DNA of 64,000 bases from Candidatus Poribacteria bacterium (GTDB lineage: Bacteria > Poribacteria > WGA-4E > PCPOR2b), in the NCBI GenBank assembly GCA_965116925.1, contig OZ220744.1:3200001-3264000 (forward strand). The letters are read 5' to 3'. A program made the translations under genes and the position numbers. The notes under the pieces were generated by a model, which did not search any database, was not told the origin of the DNA, and saw nothing but the letters and a program-made list of their open reading frames with translations. Of this stretch, positions 52,142-61,122 are shown in pieces. The first letter of the stretch is position 1; every line of letters starts with the position of its first letter.

Positions 52142-53131
52142 ATGGAAAAGCGAACAGTCGGCAAATCCGGCATTGAAATCTCTGTGATGGGGATCGGCGG
52201 CTGGTCCTATGGCGGCGGAGACTACTGGGGACCTCAGGCACAAGAGGATGTGGATGCAGTCGCACACGCCGCACTCGACAACGGCATCAACTTCTTCGAC
52301 ACCGCAGAAGGATACAACGAAGGACGGAGCGAAGAAGCAGTCGGTCGAGCCTTAAAAGGGCGGCGAGATGAAGCAGTAATCGCCACCAAGATCAGTCCGA
52401 ACAATACCGAACCCACAGTGCTGCGCGAGCATTGCGACGCCAGCCTCCGCCGCCTGCAAACGGATTACATCGATATCTATATCGTTCATTGGCCCATCAC
52501 AGAACACTCCGTTGAAGATGCGTTCGCAACCTTGACTGCGTTAAAGGAGGAGGGCAAGATCCGGTCGATTGGCGTCAGCAACTTTGGTGTAGAACAACTG
52601 TCCGAAGCCCTCGCCACCGGCGTTCAGATCGACGTGAACCAGCTCTGCTACAATCTCCTGTCACGGGGGATTGAGTTAGAGATTTTACCGTTATGCCAAA
52701 AACACGGGATGGGTATTCTGGGATATATGCCGCTGCTGCAAGGACTCCTGACCGGCATGTATAAAACAGCGGAGGAACTTCCGCCCGTCCATGCACGGTT
52801 CCGGCATTTCCGTGGAGATCGAGAAAGGGCAGGTCACGGCGAGGAAGGGGCAGAAGAGGAGATGTTCACCGCCGTCGAAGATATAAGAAAAGTTGCCGAG
52901 GCAGAAGGGGTGCCCATGAGTCGGCTCGCAATCGCTTGGACCATTGCAAAGCCCGGCATCACCTGTGAGTTGGTTGGCACCCGCAATCTATCGGAACTTG
53001 AGGAGAATCTGCACGTTGCATCGCTCTCCCTTTCCCCTGAAACGATAGCAAAGTTGGATGAGATAACAACGCCGCTGCTTCAGAAGCTCGGTGCAAATGT
53101 GGATTACTTCCTAGCCCGACGCACCCATTAA
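52142..53131 (+). CDS. aldo/keto reductase
   Basis: GINFFDTAEGY, IATK, LQTDYIDIYIVHWP, GKIRSIGVSNF. Confidence 0.93.
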   Translation: MEKRTVGKSGIEISVMGIGGWSYGGGDYWGPQAQEDVDAVAHAALDNGINFFDTAEGYNEGRSEEAVGRALKGRRDEAVIATKISPNNTEPTVLREHCDASLRRLQTDYIDIYIVHWPITEHSVEDAFATLTALKEEGKIRSIGVSNFGVEQLSEALATGVQIDVNQLCYNLLSRGIELEILPLCQKHGMGILGYMPLLQGLLTGMYKTAEELPPVHARFRHFRGDRERAGHGEEGAEEEMFTAVEDIRKVAEAEGVPMSRLAIAWTIAKPGITCELVGTRNLSELEENLHVASLSLSPETIAKLDEITTPLLQKLGANVDYFLARRTH

Positions 53132-53696
53132 TCCCGCTGTCCATGCCATCAATTTTATCGAAGTATCCTGTAGGTCGAGATTCACATCTCGACACCTAAA
53201 TGTTGATCCGATTACGCACTTTAGTTTGTAGTAGCGGAATTCATTGCGCGTCCGGACGGACGATAAATCTTAAAGCCCCAGCGGGGCGATATGTGTATAG
53301 CAAGCATGGCAAAACCAACCTTCAAGCCCCAGCGGGGCGACATGTGCATAGTAAACATGTGACAGTTCGTAGGTTGGGTTGAACGGATAAAACCGAAGCC
53401 ATTTCAACCACAATAGGACGGGGCATTTCAATAACACTTGTTTCGTAGATAAGTACAGTGAAACCCAACACCCAACTAAGATCCACCATAGTTTTCACTT
53501 TGTTCTTTTTAGCAGTGCCCGATTTGCTATCATTTTGCCGTGGTCCTGCTTGTCCAGTGTTTATCAAAATTTTGTCTCATTTCGTGCGTAGTATGCCGGG
53601 CTGCTGGACATTTTGGTGCAAAACGCAAATTGTGGATGTCCGCTCAAACCTGACCTCCCACACTACATCTGGAAAGTCGTCCCAATCGGCGTGAAT

Positions 53697-53912
53697 TATG
53701 GTAAACACCAAAAATAAATAGACACTGTCACCCCTCGGTTTCGATCCCCCCGATAAATCGGGGTAAACTTATTATCGGGGCCGGTAGGTGCGGTTTCCAA
53801 CCGCACCGAATAGGCGCAGTTAGAAACAGCGCCTACCAAACGGTAGAACGGTAGTTTCGTTTTCCTAACCACACCGGTTTGGGGTGTCTCATTAATTCTA
53901 AGATCCACCATA
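53697..53912. mobile_element. family-A MITE, long form with several hairpins
   Basis: TATGGTAAAC...AAATAAATAGACAC ... ATTAATTCTAAGATCCACCATA. Confidence 0.7.
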
Positions 53913-53918
53913 GAATGT

Positions 53919-53934
53919 TGGCACGGAATTTGAT
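53919..53934 (+). promoter_or_regulatory. possible sigma54 promoter (variant -12)
   Basis: TGGCACGGAATTTGAT: consensus -24, GA instead of GC at -12. Confidence 0.4.
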
Positions 53935-54079
53935 ACAGGACGAAGTCAAGTTATCAACTATGAATAATTGATAAAAAAATGACGGTCAGATATAGCCGTA
54001 ACAACATAGGAAAGCAGGTTCCAGCAGAGACCGCTTACATTTTCTGCCAAAATGATTCAAAGAAAGGTGGATAGATCAA

Positions 54080-55123
54080 ATGAGACTCAATTTCAACCTT
54101 AGGATTCTGTTGTTGCCTCTTTTGGTATGCGTGTGGGTTCCATTTAGTTCTTCACCGGTATACGCCAATCCGAAAGGAACTATCGCGTTCTTTTCAAGTC
54201 GGAACAATCCTGATGAGCCGGGACTGTATACAGCGATTTATCTGATTAATGCCGATGGCACTAACGAACGCCTTTGGCTTGAAAACCCTGAAACCTTTAC
54301 CGGCCTAGCGTGGTCTCCTGATGGCAAATCGGTTGCTTTGACTCAGTATAATGCCAATGGGCGCAGTGACGTTTTTATGATAGATCTTCGTACTGGTCGG
54401 CAGAAGAATATCACCGCGCAATGGGTGGCGTGGCAGCTGAATTTTCACACTCCCTCTTGGTCTCCTGACGGCAAGTGGTTAGCCGTGACCTGTTCTCAAC
54501 CGGATGTGGAACGCGTTGATGTGTGTCGCATAACAGCCGATGGAGACCAGTTGCGGAATCTGACCCAAGAGGCACCGCGAGACTTTAGTTCTTCTCCCTC
54601 TTGGTCGCCCCACGGCGATAAAATCGCATTTTACAGAAGAGGCGGAATCTTTGTGATGGATCACAACGGTAGAAACCGGGTCAGATTGACCGGACAAGAG
54701 GAAGGAGTAATAAGCGATCGGAGACCTGCGTGGTCTCCCGACGGGACCAAGATAGCGTTCTACTCCAATCGACACGCCCAAGAACCTCCCAAAGGGGTAG
54801 AGCATGGTATCTACGTGATGAACGCCGACGGTTCCAACGTTGTTCGACTGACCCATCACCCCTCGGCAGACCGTGTGCCGGCATGGTCTCCCGATGGGAA
54901 GTGGATTGCTTTCCAGTCCCTTCGAGACGGCACGTTTAAAGTTCGAAATCGGGACTGGAATATTTACATCGTGGATGCCAACGGAGAGAATGAGATAAAG
55001 GTAACGAATCATCCAGGAGCAGATTCTAGACCGACTTGGGTGATTCCCGACCGATCGCTCCCTGTTGATACAGGAGACAACCGTGCCACGTTATGGGGGC
55101 AACTGAAATCAGAAAGACGGTAA
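54080..55123 (+). CDS. secreted TolB-like (PD40) beta-propeller protein
   Basis: Signal peptide; five W-S-P-(D/H)-G repeats; C-terminal LPVDTGDNRATLWGQLK. Confidence 0.88.
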   Translation: MRLNFNLRILLLPLLVCVWVPFSSSPVYANPKGTIAFFSSRNNPDEPGLYTAIYLINADGTNERLWLENPETFTGLAWSPDGKSVALTQYNANGRSDVFMIDLRTGRQKNITAQWVAWQLNFHTPSWSPDGKWLAVTCSQPDVERVDVCRITADGDQLRNLTQEAPRDFSSSPSWSPHGDKIAFYRRGGIFVMDHNGRNRVRLTGQEEGVISDRRPAWSPDGTKIAFYSNRHAQEPPKGVEHGIYVMNADGSNVVRLTHHPSADRVPAWSPDGKWIAFQSLRDGTFKVRNRDWNIYIVDANGENEIKVTNHPGADSRPTWVIPDRSLPVDTGDNRATLWGQLKSERR

Positions 55124-55435
55124 GGGATGAAACTGTGGTAGGACTGAACTGAAGGGATGGACTACTGTAGGGGCAGGCTTCTTAGTCCCGATCCATCGGG
55201 GACTTGTACCTGCCCAACACTTGATCACCCACAAATTGGAATGTTGGGTTTCACGCTCTTTATCTGCAAGAGGATATTGTTGAAATGCAGAACATCTACG
55301 GTCCCTGATAGGGATTCGGTTTTAATCGTTCAACCCAACCTACGATACTGATTGACGTACTCCCAAACCTAAAGGATTGGGATTTAGACCTAAAGGGTTT
55401 TTCGTTAAAACTTCAACACTGGGAAGCAGCACGTC

Positions 55436-55648
55436 ATGAAAGAAGAAAATATCACGAGAGTTACGCTTGACCCAAACAATCCATCAAAGGGAAAAACTGA
55501 CTGGAAGCAAGTGGACAGACTGACAGAGGAGGAGATCCGCGCTGCGGGGCTGTCAGATCCAGACGCGCAACCTGTAACGCCAGAAGAACTGGAAGAATTT
55601 AAACCAGTGACTAATGCTAAACCTTACTCAGAAAGAGAGCAAAGATGA
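55436..55648 (+). CDS. small protein resembling the N-terminal part of BrnA/HTH-type antitoxins; possibly truncated
   Basis: TDWKQVDRLTEEEI...DPDAQP motif without a following DNA-binding domain; ATGA overlap with the next gene. Confidence 0.5.
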   Translation: MKEENITRVTLDPNNPSKGKTDWKQVDRLTEEEIRAAGLSDPDAQPVTPEELEEFKPVTNAKPYSEREQR

Positions 55649-57195
55649 CACCAGACCACGATGTCATAATTATCGGCGGCGGACATAACGGCTTAGTTGC
55701 TGCGGGGTATTTGGCGGAGGCGGGGTTAGATGTCCTGCTGTTGGAACGGCGTGATTTCCTCGGCGGCGCATGTGTGACCGAAGAACTATTTCCCGGCTAC
55801 CGATTTTCTGCCTGTTCCTATATCTGCCATCTGTTACAGAACAAGGTCATCGAAGAACTGGAGCTGCGCAAGCACGGTTTTGAGGTCTATCACCTCGATC
55901 CCTCACGCTTCCAGCCGTATCCCGACGGTTCACGCCTACTCGTCTGGGACGATGTGGAGCGCACCCAAGAAGAGATTTCCCGCTTCTCCCGCCGCGATGC
56001 AGAAAACTTCCCGAAATGGTTAGACTTTTGGAAGCGGGCAGCGAGTATTATCTACCCATACTTTCTGACAACACCGCCAACGATCAGCGAAATCGCCGAA
56101 CAGTTGCGCGGCACCGATGATGAGATGTTTTTTGACCGGCTGCTCACCGTGAGCGTGAAAGACCTGCTGACCGAGTTCTTTGAGTCAGAGACTATGCAAG
56201 GCGCGTATGCCCAAGCCCAAGACGCAGGCGACCTCAATGCGCCGGGGAGCGCGTGGGCTTACACCTTTATCAAATGCGGCAACTTCACCAAACCCGAAAA
56301 TAACGGCATCGTCAAGGGCGGGATGGGCGGCATCACACAGGCGATGGCTGCGTCCGCACGAGCGCGCGGGGCAACCCTGCAAACCGATGCGACAATCGAC
56401 CACATCATCGTTGAGGACGGGACAGCCTGTGGCGTCGTTCTTGGGGACGGTACGGAGATCCGCAGCCGCATCGTTGTCTCAAACGCCGACCCCAAACGCA
56501 CCTTCCTCAAACTCGTTCCACGCGAACACCTCAATCCCAATTTCGTGGAACGCACCACACGGCTGAAAACGAATGCCGCTTATCTCAAATTCCACGCCGC
56601 CCTCAACGACCTCCCCGACTTCTCCGCCTACTTCAACGGCGACTTCGATCCGCGCTACCTGTCAGAGATCAAGATCTGCCCGTCCATCGAATACTATGAG
56701 CGTAGTTGGGAGGACGCCAAACGTGGCGAGCCATCAAGGGCACCAGTGATGGAAGTACAAATTCCGTCTGTCCACGATCCAACGATGGCACCGGCGGGAC
56801 ACCATGTCATGTCAATCTGGGTGCTTTATGCCCCTGTCCATCTACGGGAGGGAACGTGGGATGAGCGTCGGCTGGAGGTCGGTGAAGATCTTATCGATAC
56901 GGTCTCTACCTACGCACCGAATCTCCGGGATATTATTGTGGACTGGTCGCTGTTTACACCCATCGACCTTGAACGACGGGTCGGTCTCACCGATGGAAAT
57001 ATCCGTCACCTCGATATCGTTGCCAGCCAATTCCTCGCTCAACGTCCACTCGGCGGTTGGGCGCACTACCGGACACCGATTACCAATCTCTACCTCTGCG
57101 GTGCAGGCACACACCCCGGCGGTGAAGTAACTGGCGCACCGGGACATAATGCCGCCGCCGTTATCCTATCGGATTGGTCTAACGCGGAAAATTGA
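55645..57195 (+). CDS. FAD-dependent oxidoreductase, phytoene dehydrogenase-like
   Basis: IIGGGHNGL, LGGACVTEE, KGGMG, LYLCGAGTHPGG.V.GAPG.NAA. Confidence 0.9.
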   Translation: MTPDHDVIIIGGGHNGLVAAGYLAEAGLDVLLLERRDFLGGACVTEELFPGYRFSACSYICHLLQNKVIEELELRKHGFEVYHLDPSRFQPYPDGSRLLVWDDVERTQEEISRFSRRDAENFPKWLDFWKRAASIIYPYFLTTPPTISEIAEQLRGTDDEMFFDRLLTVSVKDLLTEFFESETMQGAYAQAQDAGDLNAPGSAWAYTFIKCGNFTKPENNGIVKGGMGGITQAMAASARARGATLQTDATIDHIIVEDGTACGVVLGDGTEIRSRIVVSNADPKRTFLKLVPREHLNPNFVERTTRLKTNAAYLKFHAALNDLPDFSAYFNGDFDPRYLSEIKICPSIEYYERSWEDAKRGEPSRAPVMEVQIPSVHDPTMAPAGHHVMSIWVLYAPVHLREGTWDERRLEVGEDLIDTVSTYAPNLRDIIVDWSLFTPIDLERRVGLTDGNIRHLDIVASQFLAQRPLGGWAHYRTPITNLYLCGAGTHPGGEVTGAPGHNAAAVILSDWSNAEN

Positions 57196-57204
57196 GCCTG
57201 CCTT

Positions 57205-58716
57205 TCATTCTAACCAGAAAGCATACAGCTTCGCACCCCGCAATATGAAGCGGAGGCGCACAGCCTTTTCATTGACTAAACGAGGCGAATCTTTCCATCT
57301 CAATTTCCCGCGTAGATGATCTCCGTTGAGGGGGAGGCATTCACGCGCAGACAGTCCCGGAAGCGGCTGCATCGTCTCTGCATCCAGAATCTCGGCACGA
57401 AGTTCACCGCGCCGGACATCTGCATTGACATACAGATCCGTTCCGTTTAGGGTAAATTGTTCTGTGACAACCGTTCCTTCCCCTTCGGCATCAAGAGAAA
57501 CGAACCCATCAAGCCTCAGGGTTGACAAGTGCAGCGCACCCGCATCGTTAAAATATTCCGCGTACTCTTCGCTGTAGATGCTCTGGTGACCGCGAAAGCG
57601 GTGGGCATTGTGATAAATCCGTATCTCACGGTCTTCGTGCACGATGGGACGACTGCACACTGCGACCTGAGTGGTGCCGTAATTTACCCCGTCCCACGGC
57701 TCAACCCCGATAAACACTCCCCTATCTGCCACACGCTCCCAGTGATATAGATCGCGCGACACCGCAAGTTCTACTTGGTTGATGCCACAATGGTTCATCT
57801 GTGGGAGGTCAGGACCTGCGGGATTAAACAGTAACGGGAAACCGACATACATCCCCTCATAAGGCATCAACGGCATCATGTAGAGTTGAGCGATATAATC
57901 CGTGTCTTCCAAGACAGGGGGTGTGAGATACGCCGGGTTGTCGACAACCTCCTGAATACGACGCTTGCGATTCTCTCTATCAATTTCGTCGGTATGCAGT
58001 GCTAATTTCGGTTCGGTCCAGTTCACAAAGTCCGCACTCGTTGAAACCCAAAGAGACCGCCCCCATACTGTGCGCTGTTTCACAGTGGCGACATACTGAT
58101 TACTAATTTCGTCATAGATAAAGTTTGAGGTGTCTTCGCTGGGAATCGGAGGCACATCGAGCAAGGTCCAACGGAAACCGTCCGGCGAAACTCCCGGTAA
58201 TCGTCCCATATTGCGTGTATCGCTGAAAAGGCCCTTATAGCGACGCTGCGGATCATCATCGCCTTCATCACGAATAACATGGTAAAGGTGCTTCTCAGTG
58301 ATGTCTGGCGGGTTATAGACCCCCCGACGGGTCAGAAATTCTAGCTTGGAGTCGTAGGCAATGTTATTGTCCTTCGATCCCTGTCGTTGATAGAGTCCGA
58401 GCGAAGACGTTTCCCAATGAACCCCATCCGTTGATGTCGTGTAATGCTTACGACTACTCTCCGTGCCTGCTATCTCGCCGGGTGGAATGGCGTAGTGTGC
58501 ATCGTACCACCATTCCCAGATCCCTTTTTCAGAGTTCCATTGCGGCGCGTTTCCGCTCTGGACATACACCTGCTCACGAGACCGATCGGCTTTCAGAATC
58601 GGTCCATGTTTATCTGGTTGATGCAACGTCCGGCTCACGTTGGAGGTGCTTGCTACGGCATAGTCGTCAAGAAACAACTGTTTGTGTTGCGCCGGATTGA
58701 TGTGTGAGGATGTCAT
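57205..58716 (-). CDS. hypothetical protein, five-bladed propeller glycosidase-like (GH32/43 clan) fold likely
   Basis: QLFLDD, STDGVHW, SPDGFRW, SRDL..W, LRLDGFVSL, KLYAF. Confidence 0.7.
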   Translation of the reverse strand: MTSSHINPAQHKQLFLDDYAVASTSNVSRTLHQPDKHGPILKADRSREQVYVQSGNAPQWNSEKGIWEWWYDAHYAIPPGEIAGTESSRKHYTTSTDGVHWETSSLGLYQRQGSKDNNIAYDSKLEFLTRRGVYNPPDITEKHLYHVIRDEGDDDPQRRYKGLFSDTRNMGRLPGVSPDGFRWTLLDVPPIPSEDTSNFIYDEISNQYVATVKQRTVWGRSLWVSTSADFVNWTEPKLALHTDEIDRENRKRRIQEVVDNPAYLTPPVLEDTDYIAQLYMMPLMPYEGMYVGFPLLFNPAGPDLPQMNHCGINQVELAVSRDLYHWERVADRGVFIGVEPWDGVNYGTTQVAVCSRPIVHEDREIRIYHNAHRFRGHQSIYSEEYAEYFNDAGALHLSTLRLDGFVSLDAEGEGTVVTEQFTLNGTDLYVNADVRRGELRAEILDAETMQPLPGLSARECLPLNGDHLRGKLRWKDSPRLVNEKAVRLRFILRGAKLYAFWLE

Positions 58717-58843
58717 GACATTAACCTTTCCTTACCAATACGCAAGTTGCTAGTAGCTTACATAGTAGTAGGCATACTCCGTATGCCGTAACCCTTGTGC
58801 ATACGATGGGGCGATAGTGCTTGACTACTACTGTGGATAACAC

Positions 58844-59087
58844 GTAGGTTGGGTTGAACCAAAACAGACAAGAATAAGAACCGTTATAACTCAATGCTGA
58901 TGTGCAATTCTCATTCAAATCTCAAAAACCAGAGTGAAACCCAACGCTTTTCTTAGCAGGTGTCTAGGAACGTGGGGGTATGAAGTTGGGTTTCACTATC
59001 TCCTCAATGCTATCTACAGAGCCTCCAGTTTGATAGGTGTTTGAGATGTCTGAATCCGATTTCTCTACTTTGTTCAACCCAACCTAC
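58844..59087. repeat. inverted pair of 'split' GTAG elements (constant arms around 74- and 75-nt cores)
   Basis: GTAGGTTGGGTTGAAC-N74-GTGAAACCCAAC followed by its reverse complement with a different N75 core. Confidence 0.8.
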
Positions 59088-59109
59088 GCACTATAACCCG
59101 CAACTTGCG

Positions 59110-60912
59110 TTACCAGTAAGCGACCGCCTCGGCTATCTCACCGAGATGTACACCATTCCAAGTAACATCCGCCACGATGGGAAGTGCGTGGGTGGTAAAC
59201 TGCTTCGGGAAGGTTGCCTCCACCTGATAGGCGGTGCTGGTGTTCCCAGCTACTTGAAGGTCTATCGTCCCCGGAAAAAGCTGTACACCGTCAACCGAAC
59301 GGAAGCGAAGGGTGCACGCCCGTGCTTCTGTCTCATGATTAGTGATATTGAGGTTGAACATCACCGTCACTCCGGGCCGGATGCGAACCTTGTAAGGATA
59401 AAACTCCACCCAGTGCGGGTCCATCCCCATATTGGGATGCGGCTGGTCGAGAATCTGCGTAAAGAGATCCGTCCACCGATCCATCCAACCAACCCACCGC
59501 TCTGCTTTCGCTCGATCGAATGAAATACAACCCCCATGACCGGTAAAAAGATAATCCGGCTCGGCATCAAGAATCTGCTGGGGCATATCGCGGTAACTCG
59601 AAACAGGCGTCCGATTCTTCGGGATAAAGGAGTGAATAAAGTCCCGCTGTTCCCTAAATGACATTCCGGAGATATTATCCCCAACGCTCAAGAATTTCTT
59701 CCCATCCACCGTGAACCAGATGAGGTGATGGTATAAGGTCTGCCCCGGATGCTGCTCAACGAAAAAGTCAATCCCACGCCACCGGAAAGCCTCTCCCCGT
59801 TCAACGACATGGTGTACCTTCATTCCATCGGGCACCGCACAAGGCATATCGTAATTTTCTGGTTGCTCTAGGATATCCTTGAGTTCAGGAGACGATACCA
59901 CCCGCGTCCCGTAACGCGCTTGCAACATCGGGTAGCCGGCAAGATGGTCGTCGTGGTAATGGGTTGGCAGAAACCATTCGACGGTGTGAATCCCCAACTC
60001 CGCTTCGAGATAGGGCGATAGATGGTCGATATAACGGTGCGGATTGGCACTGATCGGCGCGTTGGAAGTATAGCCGCAGTCGATAAAGAGCGCGTGTCCT
60101 TCATCGTCCCGGATAATATAGGTGTTGGCACTGGAGTTCGTGATCTCGTAGACATGTTTTGTGATCTGACGAAATTCGGGGCGATAATATTCGTAGGATT
60201 GGGCGTGAAAGAGTTCATACAGCTCCTCCAACGCCGCTTGCAATTCAGAGAACGATTCCTCAGTCGGTTCAAACGGTTCGCCGTGTCCCGGCAGAACCAG
60301 ATCTACGTCAAGTCCCGCAGCGGTCTTCAGGCTCTCTAGATGATTGATATGCCCCTGGAAGTCCATATAGTTCCACTGACTCCAGAAATAGTCCCGAATC
60401 TTCCCGCTTCCCGACATAAGGTCCCCGCAGGCGAGTATCCGCTTCCCGTCTAACTCGAAAAGATAACCCACCGAGCCGAAGGTGTGCCCCGGCAGCGGAA
60501 TCACATCGAAACGAATCCCCTCCCATAACACGCTCTCATAGTCGTAAGCGTACTCATCCGACTCGGTATTCTCCAAGGGACCAAAGCAGGGATAATAGGA
60601 GGTGTAATTGTCATAAATGTCGTAGGACGCCTTGAGGAGGTCGGTTTCCTCAAAGAAACGCTGCTCCGCAAACGGTAAAACGATCTGTGCGTCCTCCATT
60701 TCCCAGTAGACTGCAGCGGAGCAGGTGTCCCGATGAAAATGGGTCAGTAACACCTGATCGACCTCATAAACGCCGTTCGACTCAAGTTTTATCGGAGATG
60801 TCCCGCAGTCAATCAGCAGTGTTTTGCCGTTTGCAGTTATCCCATAAACGCTACATGTGTCTTGGACAAAAAAGATATTATCAGTCAATTTTCGCATACT
60901 TGGCTGCCTCAC
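59110..60912 (-). CDS. tandem metallo-beta-lactamase-fold hydrolase
   Basis: Two MBL domains: THFHRD...PGHT..PGHG and THYHDDH...TGHG. Confidence 0.85.
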   Translation of the reverse strand: MRQPSMRKLTDNIFFVQDTCSVYGITANGKTLLIDCGTSPIKLESNGVYEVDQVLLTHFHRDTCSAAVYWEMEDAQIVLPFAEQRFFEETDLLKASYDIYDNYTSYYPCFGPLENTESDEYAYDYESVLWEGIRFDVIPLPGHTFGSVGYLFELDGKRILACGDLMSGSGKIRDYFWSQWNYMDFQGHINHLESLKTAAGLDVDLVLPGHGEPFEPTEESFSELQAALEELYELFHAQSYEYYRPEFRQITKHVYEITNSSANTYIIRDDEGHALFIDCGYTSNAPISANPHRYIDHLSPYLEAELGIHTVEWFLPTHYHDDHLAGYPMLQARYGTRVVSSPELKDILEQPENYDMPCAVPDGMKVHHVVERGEAFRWRGIDFFVEQHPGQTLYHHLIWFTVDGKKFLSVGDNISGMSFREQRDFIHSFIPKNRTPVSSYRDMPQQILDAEPDYLFTGHGGCISFDRAKAERWVGWMDRWTDLFTQILDQPHPNMGMDPHWVEFYPYKVRIRPGVTVMFNLNITNHETEARACTLRFRSVDGVQLFPGTIDLQVAGNTSTAYQVEATFPKQFTTHALPIVADVTWNGVHLGEIAEAVAYW

Positions 60913-61122
60913 TTAGATCTGATTTTGGCTCGTGTTAAGAAACCGTGCTACAAAACCGATTCGCTCATATAAAGAGATCGTACAACACTTTCGCGCCCCG
61001 TGTTTGGTAGGCGCTGTTTCCAACTGCGCCGATTTGGAGTGTTCCATTAATTCTAAAATCTACCATAATATTTTTTATTTGCACAGATTTGCGCTAATTC
61101 GTGGATGCTTTGCACCTTCTCC

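Noticed and set aside
53200..53911. Short ORFs in the intergenic repeat mosaic (similar ones at 3448, 15305, 29971, 37409, 45545, 51373 and 55157)
   Set aside because: They overlap REP/MITE sequence and are spurious translations
58934..58996. Integron attC site (ACCCAAC...GTTGGGT fits RYYYAAC...GTTRRRY)
   Set aside because: The boxes are the arms of two inverted GTAG elements; no L boxes, cassette ORFs or integrase are seen
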